This document shows positions 36,352-47,276 of a stretch of DNA of 64,000 bases, one piece after another. A program made the position numbers and the translations under genes. This DNA comes from Rhodosorus marinus CCMP1338. Lineage: Eukaryota; Plantae; Rhodophyta. Under the pieces are notes generated by a model. The model was not told the DNA's origin. It ran no database searches and saw nothing but the letters and a program-made list of their open reading frames with translations. Each line of letters starts with the position of its first letter. Position 1 is the first letter of the stretch. The DNA lies in the NCBI GenBank assembly GCA_029953675.1, contig JAMWBK010000011.1, positions 1,178,001 to 1,242,000 on the forward strand, read 5' to 3'.

Positions 36352-36559
36352 TTTGGCACACAGGAATTAATTGCCATTACCGGGTAAGAAACCTGAAAAT
36401 AAACACTAGGAATACGAGCTGGAATCGGTGATATTAAGAAAGATTACACGATTCGGGAAAAAAGATTGTTTTATATCAAAAAACGATGTTTACGTTGGTG
36501 GGGAAGTCAAACCGCCATTTAAACGCGCTAGAGAAGCGTATGAGGAACGCACTTCGTCC

Positions 36560-37400
36560 AGTATCATAGGTTTCTTGGATGCTTGATCCCCGCCTGAAGG
36601 GAGTGGCGTGTCTCCATGGGACAAACAACGTGCTAGCTTGGTCGTGGAGCATCTGTACCAAGAAAGTTCCTGTGGAGAGGACCTCCGGGATCAGACCTGA
36701 AGATTGGGCAGTTTCCTTCCGAATCTTTCTGGTTGGACCACATAGTCCGTGATCCGTTCATGTTCTGGTCCGTACCCTCGAAAGAAAACGCTCCAGGAAC
36801 GCGCGAACTTGGGGCGTGGATTGAGAGGATTCTGCCCACATGCAAACAGATCGTGAGCGATTCTGGATTCGACGGGGCTCCGATTAAACCATTCGTTCGA
36901 TGTACAAACCTACGCAATAGAATGACGGCCGCGAAGAATTCAAAGTTGGTGGCCCTGAAATGGGTCGTACGAACGTCAGCGCACGATCATCAGGAGCGAC
37001 TACTAAGCATGCTACGGAAGCAAATGGCTGACTTGGAAGCCAAGTCTGATTGGGGCTTACGTCTTTGGGCCCAGGGTGGAAAAGGCCAACCCTGAGCATG
37101 AAAAAGGAACCCCAACGGCTTACTACCAAGGGGAAAACCTCATCAGCCGAAGGATCGGAGAAGTTGTCCAACAAAAGCATGTAAGGAGGTGTTGATCGGG
37201 AACATGAGTCTGTCCCGCTCCAAAAACTGCCAACCATGGTTCTCAATCTGATTAAGCTGACGATGAATTTTGCGCGGATGAATCTGAAGGATCCGAGGGC
37301 AATGACAAGCTGGAGCACACCTACGACTTAGGCACAGATGATGATGGTGAGGAGGAGAATCACGCTCTTAAAAATTTTGCCAAGGACGACGAGGGCCTTC
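36560..37400 (+). mobile_element. Decayed hAT-family transposase C-terminus (dimerization domain and acidic tail)
   Basis: Across frameshifts: LDPRLKG, DPFMFW, ERIL, (R)ERFW, TNLRNRM..KLVALKW, then an Asp/Glu-rich tail. This follows the hAT order LDPR...W...ER.FS...RNRL...KLV. Confidence 0.5.
36873..36895 (+). mobile_element. 23-nt micro-insertion of the CRE-like element's extreme 3' end
   Basis: ctccgattaaaccattcg(ttcg) is the exact reverse complement of the element tail. It is flanked by TTCGA direct repeats at 36868-36872 and 36896-36900. Confidence 0.75.
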
Positions 37401-37894
37401 TTGAAGGAGACGCCGTGGAGTCTTTCAAATCGCACGTTAACCACCTCAAACAGTTTTTTCACTCGCCGATGTGAGAAACCCGTCAAGGAACAAAACAACT
37501 CAGATTCAAAGTTTCTTAATCCGCAGTCGATACCATCCAGTGCGACGCCCGGCGCATCTAAGCTACATGGATAAAAGCACCATACAAGCAATCCCCAAGA
37601 AAACTCTTTGGAAGAAACGCGGTGCGTCTCGAGTAAACCTGCTCGAAGTCGTTCCTCAACAGAGTTTCCCAGATAGAATGTCTCAGTACGCCCCCTCGTG
37701 TCTTGGGTCCCTCCCGGGCGCTTAGGAAACGTGCCAAGGCACCTCCAGTAAGTGAGTACGGTTTCATCAGAGTAGATTGACTCCGATCACGCACACCCGT
37801 CACAAATGCTTCCAAGCTTCTAACAAAAAAGGTGGACTGAAGTTATAGAGTTCCAACAAAATTTTGCAATTATCGATAGTACCGGTAATAATTC

Positions 37895-38115
37895 CAATTA
37901 CCTGCCGTCCAGTAGACAATGGTACAACCCTATTAATAATTGTTCGTCTCTGGCGTCTATGAACGCTGCTTTGAAGTTGAAGTTGTGGAGAGCGACGAGA
38001 AGATCGAGTCTTGTGGAGAGCGACGAGAAGATCGAGTCTTGTGGAGAGCGACGCGAAGATCGAGTCTTCCTTTTTTGCTCCGGGGTTTGTTCTTTCAGTC
38101 TCCCGTTCAACAAAT
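37895..38115 (+). mobile_element. Decayed CRE-like 3'-end remnant in opposite orientation, containing a 28-bp tandem triplication
   Basis: The reverse complement reads gggagactgaaagaacaaaccccggagcaaaaaaggaagact...ttcaaagcagcgttcatag, like 36065-36160. Confidence 0.65.
37983..38066. repeat. 28-bp tandem repeat x3
   Basis: ttgtggagagcgacgagaagatcgagtc three times, with one substitution in copy 3. Confidence 0.95.
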
Positions 38116-38121
38116 TCAGTC

Positions 38122-40265
38122 ATTAATATGAATGTTGATGTGAAGGTGCTGTTGATTGGATGAATGGGTTTGTATTGATAGTTTTTATTGGTCGAGATAT
38201 TTTCAAGCGGGATGATGATACGGGAGAATTTCTCAATCACTGTCTCCTTGCCATCGTTCGAACGAATGGTTTAATCGGAGGCTGAAAAAAAAACCCCGAG
38301 GGGAAAAAACGTTGGTGTCATCCTATCGGCCAGGGTCTTCTTGACGTCGTTCCAGAGTTGGTCTATCATGTCCCCACGAGTCTTGGTGCCGTACATGTTG
38401 ATCTCCTTGGTCTGAGAGGCTGTGACAATCGGCCCGGAGAAGGTCCCGCGTCTCCGATTTTTTTTGCAGAGCAGGTGACCGTGACTGGAATTGTTAATTT
38501 GCCAGCCTCGACTTGATCGCGACGGATATCACGAGAACACACTAGTTCAGCAGAATCTGGGATTTCTTGCTTGGTAAGCTTGGCACCGAAGACGGCGTCC
38601 CTGTTCGCGTTGAGGGTATTGGTGTAGTTGGTTTCTGCCTCTGCAGTCCCGTTAAACGTGGCAACAACCATCCTTGCCTCCTCAAGTCTCGACTTCAGGC
38701 AGCTTTCCTGGGATGTCTGACCAACCGTTTTCTTCTTCTTGCTTACCTTGATGCCCAACACGTACCTCATGGTGACCTTGATGAGTTTTTGCCCGGGACA
38801 GTTGAACTTATCGAACTGAGCCGGGCTGATGTCCTGCCAAAACCCAAAGTGTCCGACGCATCAACGTCGTGGTTGACCCCATCGAGGAGATCCTCAGCAT
38901 CGATCTGGAACGGGACCCAATCGGGGAAAAGCTCGAGAATGCTGCCGACGAAACTGAGTGCATGCTCGAGAAGTTACTCGATTATTTCCGGGACCGCGTT
39001 GCTTCCAATGAGACCGTAAAATCCCGGCTTGACGACGAGGTCAGCGTATTCTTCTCCCGGTGGTGTCGCAGATCCGGTTGTGAAGAAGAGGTTCTCCTTT
39101 CCGATAGTGATTGCGCCGGAGTCCGGAAGGACCTTACAAAGTGCCTTGACTTCAGAGAACTTGAAATTCAGCTGGAGCTTAATGATGATCGTCCCCTGAA
39201 TTGACACGTCCTGGAGAGACTCGAACACGTCGAGTATGTCGCCGTCGTCATCCGGCATGAAGAACGATATCAAGTTCTCAAACTGGACGTTCTCCACGCC
39301 GCGCACTGAGACAATTCGCTTGTGATCGCCGGTGAGGCCCAACACAGGAGGACCGTTGAACTTTTCCAGGTTGAGCTTGCCTCCCATCGAGTCCTGATAG
39401 TTGCCACGGACCTCATAGCCAACAAACTTGAAATATCTGTCCGGGTGACCGGTATAGACGTTCACGTTCGCCACGAGCGAGTTGCTGAGCGAGATTCCCC
39501 AGGAGATAAAATCGAGGCCCAAGCTGATCACTATACTAGCACTGGCGGTGAATCCGGTTGAGGCCGTCCGTAGATTCTCTCCCATACACTCCAGTGTCTC
39601 CGCGTTGATGACAACCGCTACCGAAGGAAGCTTGGTTTCAGGGCAGATGCTCACAGCCGCACAAAACGCCATGGTGCCCGTGGTAGAGAAACATCCTGGA
39701 AACGGTACGGTCACGGCGAATCCAAATGCCGACCATTCGGCATCCTGAAGGACCGGCAACTCCTTGCATTTGCTGAAGTGCATTGGATCCTGTTCGATAT
39801 TGATCTCTTCCTTGAATTCCGATCCCTTGAAGTTGCCGAAGCAGATGTTGTCGTTGACCGTTCCTGTGAGAGATTGAAGGGCGACCTTCAATGCAGTCTC
39901 GAGAGGATCGAAGATATTGTTCAGGAGATCGACGGCGCTGCTGGATGATCCAGCGTCCTTCAATGCGATCTCCGCAAAGTTGCTGGGAAGCTCCGAAAGG
40001 TCTCCGACCTTGGCGCAATTCTCTTCGACCCCGTGAACGTTCTTAAGCTGTACATTCTCGGGAAGAACTCCAACACCTTCGCAGTCCACCTGTCGAGTCG
40101 ACGGGATCAACTTGGGCGCCCTCGAACAGCTGCCATGCCTACACGGTATTGCAGCAGCATCCGGAGAGAATCCTACCATCGCACAGAGTGCGAGAGTCCA
40201 CCAAAATAGTTTGGCAAATTTTATTGTCATCTCGTTTGCTATACACAAATACCCACCAATCTGTA
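38122..40265 (-). pseudogene. Inverted, internally deleted paralog of the 914-aa secreted gene; intact 418-aa N-terminal ORF at 38974-40230
   Basis: High identity to 33015-36021. Premature TAA at 38974-38976 where the intact gene has AAG. A ~740-bp deletion (equivalent to 34444-35187) and a ~180-bp deletion near the 3' end. 3' UTR homology at 38122-38235. Confidence 0.92.
38259..38309 (-). mobile_element. 51-nt insertion consisting of the CRE-like element's 3' UTR, with a 4-bp target-site duplication
   Basis: Identical to 27963-28015 apart from A-run lengths. Flanked by CGTT at 38255-38258 and 38310-38313. Removing it restores gccatcgttggtgtcat, matching the intact gene's gcgatcgttggggtcat. 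Confidence 0.92.
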
Positions 40266-40734
40266 TGTGGAGAGCTTGTCATACCAAGAAGTAATCAGGA
40301 TTCAATGCCTGGCCTGAGGTTATTGATATTTAGACTAACGTGATTGAGTATCGGACTATTTATCGGACACGTTTAGCGGACGCCTACGGGACCTGTGTGT
40401 TCGAAGAATTTGGTCGAGATACGCCTTACGTTTTTCAATAGTCTATCCACTTCGTTGATTTATCGGACCCTCCGAGAAACGGTATCGGACAGCCCATGAA
40501 ACAGTACACTCATGGGCAGAACAACACCTCGGGTTCAACCCTGCGCTATGGAGTCCTTCAATGCATTAAAAAGTTAATAGTGTATTCCAATAATCCGGTA
40601 CGACCGCCATGCTTCCATAAACTGTGCTAGTCATATGCCTTCAGGCTATGCTAGTAAAGCCAGTCATATGCCCAACCTCAGCCCCTGAGCGAGCTGACTT
40701 TGGGATATCAACCTTAACATGACTGAATCTACAA

Positions 40735-41200
40735 TTATCGCCTCACCGTACTGATACTCCTTCAACTGTCGCATTGAACCAGAGGCAGAACCATGAAGTT
40801 GCACAGGAGTTGTAAGATAGCACACAGCCCGAGGGTAAGTAATCACAAGTCGAGACACTCCCTCCGCGAGAGTCAAGTCAATGATCCCCAACTCCGCCAC
40901 TTGATGGACAACAGGTGTCTTATCGCTAAGCAGATAGAGTAATTACATTATACTATAATGTAATTGCGTAATTATACCGCGGAGCACAGAAAAGGGAAAG
41001 GAGGGGTGTCATCGTTGCTGGAGTCAGGGGCAAGACGCCCGTACTCGGCTCTATACGCGTATGAACTGGCTTTTATTGCGCTATCTACAGTCGCAGGCGC
41101 TTGAAAGGATCGCGAGATGAACTACGAGGTCTCTTTGCCTGTAGCTCAGGCGCTTTTAATTCGGCAACATGCAAATAGTCAACAATGTTGACTGGACCCC
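40735..41200 (-). repeat. Decayed coding dispersed repeat, copy B, with its central ~230 bp inverted
   Basis: 40735-40925 and 41161-41200 match copy A on the minus strand, while 40930-41157 matches it on the plus strand. Confidence 0.65.
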
Positions 41201-41819
41201 TTTGCTATGGAATCGTCACCTGATAGGGACTAAGTAATGCCCAGGGCGCTCTACCCTTGCGCTTGGGCGGAATTGACTTTGGAGACCGCCTTCTGGTATG
41301 CTCGCCTGCGGCGGTAGCCTCCTGGGCGCAGTGCTTCGTACCTTGGTGAGCTTTCGGTTACGCCGTGGCTGTCTTTTGACTCGGGCACTGACCACTGAGG
41401 ATCTGGTCACTCTTCCAAGCCCGGAACTGAGTATCTATGATGGCCTGCAACAGGCGTTCAATAGGTGCAACGCCCTGCCGGACGAGAATCAATCAACGTT
41501 TAGTTTGTGGAGGGAGATGGAATGGGGACGCAATGTGGCAGTCGTGGAGTCTACCGTCTACCGAGTGTTGACAGACGGTATGTAAGCCAGCCCCCGGGCA
41601 CCTGCGGCAGATTGTCCGGGTACGAGCAGAACATGGAGCTCACGCACTGATGTGAGTCAAAATAGCCTCACCTGGGGCCAACACAGTGCAGCTCACGCAA
41701 TCTTGCTCAACTCTCCACTCACACACCCCACAAATGCGGCTCATCTATGAGCTAAGGAAGGTCATCTATCTCGTCTGGGGATAACCACTCTTCCCTAGTC
41801 ACAGGGCCAACGTCTGGGA

Positions 41820-41960
41820 GCCTTCCAGTTCCGGGTTGCCGCAAGGATATACCTGGGTTTGCCACAGGCTACTTGGCACTCTAATCGCCAGTCCTGCTGC
41901 CAAGGCTGTGAGAGTCGTATTGACGGTTGTGGATGATACCATTTTTCTAGGCTCGTGTGG
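41820..41960 (+). mobile_element. Degenerate reverse-transcriptase fragment (LTR/DIRS-like)
   Basis: FQFR(V) [frameshift] LPQG...VLTVVDDTIFLG resembles the RT motifs xPQG and YxDD. A distant VEYLG occurs near 42380. The match is weak. Confidence 0.35.
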
Positions 41961-42547
41961 ACTATTGAGAGGTCATCGTACGAAACGGCACACCCTTCTG
42001 ATTCACATCCTGAGCGAAGATTTGACCAGGGTTGACCACACAGTTGAGGTTGAATCGGAGCTGCCCCGATCAGCCTCGGCCACCACGTTGCATCGCAGAT
42101 CTCCTGGTAGCGAACCCCGCCGCCGGCCGCTAACCCGTATGTGGACCTCGCTGGCACATGCCCTGTGCCAAGTACCTATCTCTCCTCTACCGCTCTTTGC
42201 CGGGGGCAGTATCTGTATTTCGCCCACTGAAGGAACACGGTGCTGAGAGCCTGGCCAGTCTCCCCTGTCCCCTGTGCAGAGGGCCGTTCTCACAGGTTCC
42301 AGCCATTCATTGTGAAAAGTTTTGAGCACGTGGAAAAGTCCAGCTTGCAGTGGCTGCGGAAATGTTTTACGGAGCATCCTGTCGAATATCTGGGACTCGA
42401 ACGGCGTTTAAATTTCGCTCCCTGGCAATATTCTAGCAGCATGCTCGCCGAGGCGCGCCACCGCCGCCTGAGTTTGCACGCTTCTCTCACAAGTTTCTAG
42501 TGACCTTTCACGGTTGCGCACGCTTCAGGGTATGCTAGTAAACCTAT

Positions 42548-43100
42548 CCATTCAGCGGGTGATCATCATAATCCAGCTGAATTTCAAGTTCTCGGAAGTC
42601 GAGGCAGTTCGTGAGGTCCTTCCGGACTCCGGCGCGATCACTATCGAAGGGGAAAACCTCTCCTTCCCAACCGGATCTGCGACGCCCCTGCGAGAAGAAT
42701 ATGCCGGCCTCGTCCTCAAGCCGGGTGTCTACGGTCTCATTGCAAGCAGCTTGGTCTCACCCCAATGATCGCAAGAGATACATGAGGTGTGATAATCATA
42801 CAATAACCCCTCGTGGCTGAGGCTCCCTACCCGTACCCGCACCCTTCACTCTCAAACCTGTCCAAACCGAACCAGAAAATTCCTGACCTCTCCGGGGCTA
42901 AGGTTTCGTCCCTTCCTTCACAGCAAGGTGCACATACATTCGAAATTCTATCCTCTTGACAAATGAACACATAAAAGTCTAGACATTGAGAAATTCCATA
43001 TTTCCATAGTCATCCGCATGGAAGATATCTCGACCAATAAAAACTATAGTATGAAACCCATTCATCCAATCAACAGCACCTTCACTTCAACATTCATATT
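42548..43100 (+). pseudogene. Third, fragmentary copy of the secreted gene (middle piece fused to the 3' end/UTR)
   Basis: 42548-42748 matches ~34076-34280 (QLNFKFSEV..VLPDSGAITI..EEYAGLV.KPGVYGLI). 42760-43100 matches 35704-36021. Confidence 0.88.
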
Positions 43101-43432
43101 CAGTAAAACTTTAATCGAACAATCTCATTCATCCCCAACGGATTGCGACTATAGGCATTTCTTGATCATCGAAAACAGTAATTGAATTGCGTTCCCTAAA
43201 AGCAGTTGATGTGATATTGAGGAAGAATAAGACGTAAATTGTTGATGGAGAGATATGGTGAGCTCAGCCGAAGGCTGAGCGGGATTAGGATGTGAGGCTG
43301 GTTGGGGTGGGTGGGGGGTGAGGGTGGGGTATCAGGAAGTGTTCTGGAGATTTGTGGCGTATTGGAGTTGAGAATAGTTTCTTTTTTGTGTATGGTAAGG
43401 ATTGGAGGGGAGTTTTTAGTGATTTAGAAAGG

Positions 43433-44606
43433 ATGATGGGGTTTGTTGGAAGTTTTGTGTTGGGAAGAGGGGTGGAGAGGAGGGTTGAGGTATGCTGTAG
43501 GAGGAGGAGGAGTGAGTTGAATGTATTTTTGCCGCCTGATGGAACACCGAAAGTGGAGAAGGATGATGGAGAGGAGAAGGAAGAAAAGGAGATTGATTTG
43601 AGGGAGTTGAGGAGACGGAGTGCGACGACTTCTGTTGAGACTTTGAGGTTGGGGGTGGATGAGTTGAACGAGTTGTATGAGCCGGATTATACGGATCGGT
43701 TGAAGTATGTCTTGAAGCCGGATGAGCAGTTTTCGACGGTTTTCACGTGGGAGTCGCTCATCAAGAATGCGCGCGAGCTGGAGCTCAAGGCTTGGGAGCA
43801 GGTGGCGGAGGAGGAGGAATTGACAAAGCCGACAATGGCCGACGTTATTCGCGCTGAGAACTTTCTTCCGGAGATGGCCATCCAGAGGGCGTTTTTCTGG
43901 ACCTCCGACTGGGGAAGAATTAAAAGCCTGGTCTTCAGAAAAGTTGAAATCTTTGGGACTCTTTTTGACGACTTTGAGTTTGAGGTAGGGTTGGGCTTCG
44001 ATTCCCAGTAATCCCTGGTCCAGTGGGTTTCTCGCCGTCTTACGCCCTCTTGTCTTTTTCTTCTTTTTTTTTTTTGCCTGAAAAGCTTCATCGCGGTACT
44101 GAAGAGTGGCTGACTGGACTGAGGAAGTACAACGTACCCAAATGCCTATGCACCAGCCTCTCGCTGGAGAGAGCGGAACGGGTTCTGGAAGAATTTAAGC
44201 TACGACACTACTTTCATGAGCTAGTCACCATTGAGGACGAAGCCGAGGACTTTGGTCAGAGCGTTCTTCTCGGGTGTGATAAGCTCAAGAAACCCCCGCA
44301 CAAGGTAAGGCATCGACCTCGAGGAACAACACCAATGGTGGACTCTGACAGCAAGGATTACATGCACTCGTTCCCGTTCAGACTGTTGCGTTCTGTGATC
44401 GACCAGAGGAGATCGTTCTCGCACACGAGTGCCAGATGAAAGCGGTCGCTTTGATCGGGGCTTACAAGGCATATGACTTTCGTAGTGCAGACTCGAGCAT
44501 ATCTGGTTATGACGTTCTTGGTATTTACAATGTCAGAAAGTTATTCGCCGAAGAAACGAACAGCCCCGAGCTCCAACCCGAACCCGAACGGGAGGTATCC
44601 ACATGA
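43433..44606 (+). CDS. Plastid-targeted HAD-superfamily protein (PyrP2/CbbY-like subfamily); 3 exons
   Basis: MMGFVGSF transit peptide; STVFTWESLI (motif I lacks Asp), AWEQVAEE, W..L....VP..LCTS, YFHELVTIED, MKAVALIG..KAYDF.SAD. Confidence 0.75.
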
Positions 44607-44691
44607 CCAAAGTCGTGGAGAGAGTTTTTCGGTTGGGAAAAGGACAAGTCGCGATTTGGAGGCAGGAAGTAGCACGAATTAGCTGCGCTGT

Positions 44692-46512
44692 TCATCTGAC
44701 AAATTGTCTGAACAACAGGGACACGTTGGTTCCGCCAAACCCGAAGGAGTTGGACATCGCGTGCTGAACAATCGTGGGTCGACTCTTGTGGGCAACGTAG
44801 TCCATCAAAAATTCTTCGTCGGGCTCCTCGAGGTTGACCGTAGGCGGGACCACGCCATTGGATATAGCGAGAATGGTAAACGCGGCCTCGACGGCTCCAG
44901 CAGCACCCAGCAGGTGACCGATAGCGCCCTTTGTGGAGCTCACCAATGTCGTCTGTGGAAATAGTTGCTGTTGTGAGTACCAAAAAAAGGAAAAAACAAA
45001 AGAGCACGAAGACAACACAGAGAGTTTGCCAACTGTTCGTCAGCTTGTCCGGTTCATGACGCGCATGCACAGGGCTAGGGAGTTTTTGCAATTTCGGAGC
45101 CAGTGGTACCGCCGACGTACTTGGATAGCCGAATTTTCGGCTCGGTCTCCCAGAGGCGTTGATGTCGCGTGCGCGTTGATGTAGCCGATATCGGAGGCTT
45201 GACAATTAGCGTTCTCGAGCGCGATCCTCATGGCTCTCAGGGCGCCGGACCCATCTGGTACTGGACTGGTTATGTGATGCGCATCACTGGACATGCCGAT
45301 GCCTGCCACCTCGGCATAAACTCGTGCCGATCGCTTCTTCGCGTGCTCGAGTTCCTCCAAAACCATCACTCCCGATCCTTTTCAGTGGAAAAACCACGGC
45401 CGATTCATTTAGCAAAGGTCGACTGTTATTATCCACTTTCAGGAGCCGAGGTCGAAGAGTTGCACACCTTCTCCCATTACGAAACCATCGCGACGAACAT
45501 CAAACGGCCGTGATGCCTTTTGCGGATCATCGTTAAATGACGACGATAATGCCCTTAGTCGTGAGAATCCAACTACTCCGAGCTCATCTATTGCGGCTTC
45601 GGATCCTCCAACGACCATCACCTTTGCGCTTCCGGTCTGGATCATCCTTATCCCATCTCCGATCGCATGCGCACCAGCAGCACACGCTGTCGTCGGGCAA
45701 AGTGATGGACCCTACATAGAAACCACGCGGTGCTTCAGGAACACGTGAATCCTCTGATCGAGAAAGGCATCCTCCGATCCTCCACCAGGATCAACCAGCA
45801 GGTCCTACTGACCTGGGTGTAGGCTATTCCACACCGATGTGGATGCGTATTCTGGCATTTTGCCAGTCAACCAGTCTCAACTGGCGTTCTGCGCTTGCTT
45901 CTCGGACGCTTGATTGCTTAAGACCGTACCTGGAGTTTGTGTTTGATGGAGACATGACCAGCTGCCAGGTTTGGAAGGGCTCTTGGAATGAAGTATGGAC
46001 TGACGCGTCGGTATCCAGCCGGGGAGGAGTCGATTTGCTTAGCTGCGTCGACGACGTAAGCGAGGGAGGTCATACCGACGCCAATTGAGACTCCGGAACT
46101 TTGGCATTGTTCCTCCGTTCGAGGTTCCCAGTTGGCATCAGCAAGCGCCTCACGGGCTGCTGCCAAGGCGTACGAAATAAAGTTCGGAGTCTACGATCCT
46201 CTCAGCTAATATCAAGATCACGCACTAATCCCATGCTCTGACTGCTCTCACCTTTCGCGCCTCCTCCACGGTCGTCCCAAGCACCTCCCCTGCGTGAAAC
46301 AGCTCATCCTCCGCCAGTCCTCGATCTTCTCCTACTCCAATTTCATCAGCCTTCGGTACTTCCGCTGCGACTCGGCTCGGCAACCTCGACGCATCAAAGC
46401 CCCTAATCCGCCCTAAACCAGTCTCACCAGCCAAAAGTCGACTCCAAGTCCTCTCACGACCCACACAAAGTGGTGTAACCAGACCCACACCTGTCACCAC
46501 AACTCTCTTCAT
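44692..46512 (-). CDS. OXSM: 3-oxoacyl-ACP synthase (KAS II/FabF-type, mitochondrial OXSM-like); about 5-6 exons
   Basis: [20 protein letters not shown] (catalytic Cys), [57 protein letters not shown]. Confidence 0.93.
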
Positions 46513-47226
46513 CTTAACACACCACGCACAGCGTAGCTACACAAATTTGCACAGCTTCGCTTCACCCTTTCCACACCAAGCGCTCACAAGATGACTCTCC
46601 TATCGCCGAGAACAGTGAATCACCTCGTCTTGATAACAGACGTATGAGGTTCGAGCACCTGGTCAACTTCCTAGCCCCACTTCGCTCAGCGAAGCTGCGC
46701 CAATTCACAATTCGCAATTTGGAGGACATTGAATCAGCTCATCTTGATAACAGACGTATGAGATTCAGCACCTGCTTAGCATGGACTTTACCACCTCCGC
46801 GCAACGAAGCTGCGCAAATTTGCAGAATTTGCAGAATTGCGCAGCTCCTGCTTGACCGGGTTTTGGTTCTTGTTGGATATCATCATTGGGAATAATATGC
46901 TTTGGTTGGGAGAAAGTGTGCAGCTGGCTGCAGGGATCTCATACATCTGTTCTCAGGACGAGCTGATTCAGTGTCCTCCAAATTGCAAATTGTGAATTGG
47001 CGCAGCTTGGCTGCGCGAGGTGGGGCTAGAAAGTTGACCAGGTGCTCGAACCTCGTACGTCTGTTATCAAGAAGAGGTGGTTCACAGTTCTCGTCGATAG
47101 GAAAGTGATTTTGTGAGCGCTTGGTCGCTTGGTCGGTGTGGAAAGGGTGAAGCGAAGCTGTGCAAATTTGTGTGGAATTGAGAGCTACGCTGTGCGTGGT
47201 GTGTTAAGATGAAGAGAGTTGTGGTG
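46495..47226. promoter_or_regulatory. ~730-bp fold-back (long inverted repeat) forming the divergent intergenic region
   Basis: Arms at 46495-~46775 and ~46920-47226. The outer ~95 nt have no substitutions (two indels of 9 and 12 nt); the inner part is ~90% identical. An internal ~114-nt direct repeat lies at 46625-46738 and 46739-46836. Confidence 0.92.
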
Positions 47227-47276
47227 GTCTGGGCGGCGCGATTGTGTGGGTGGGGTTGGTATAGGTGACTGTGGGG

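Noticed and set aside
38122-40265. Chimeric retrogene formed by template switch from the element 3' end onto the secreted-gene mRNA
   Set aside because: Gene homology continues on both sides of the 51-nt tail, which has its own CGTT TSD, so it is a later insertion into an existing DNA duplicate.
43955-44606. Treating the HAD gene as a novel pseudo-phosphatase
   Set aside because: The Asp-less motif I (FTWES, located upstream at ~43740) resembles known variation in this plastid HAD subfamily (FEWEG/FSWDN types), so it is not clearly novel.
46495-47226. Simple MITE call for the fold-back
   Set aside because: The arms end inside the KAS coding sequence and no target-site duplication flanks them.
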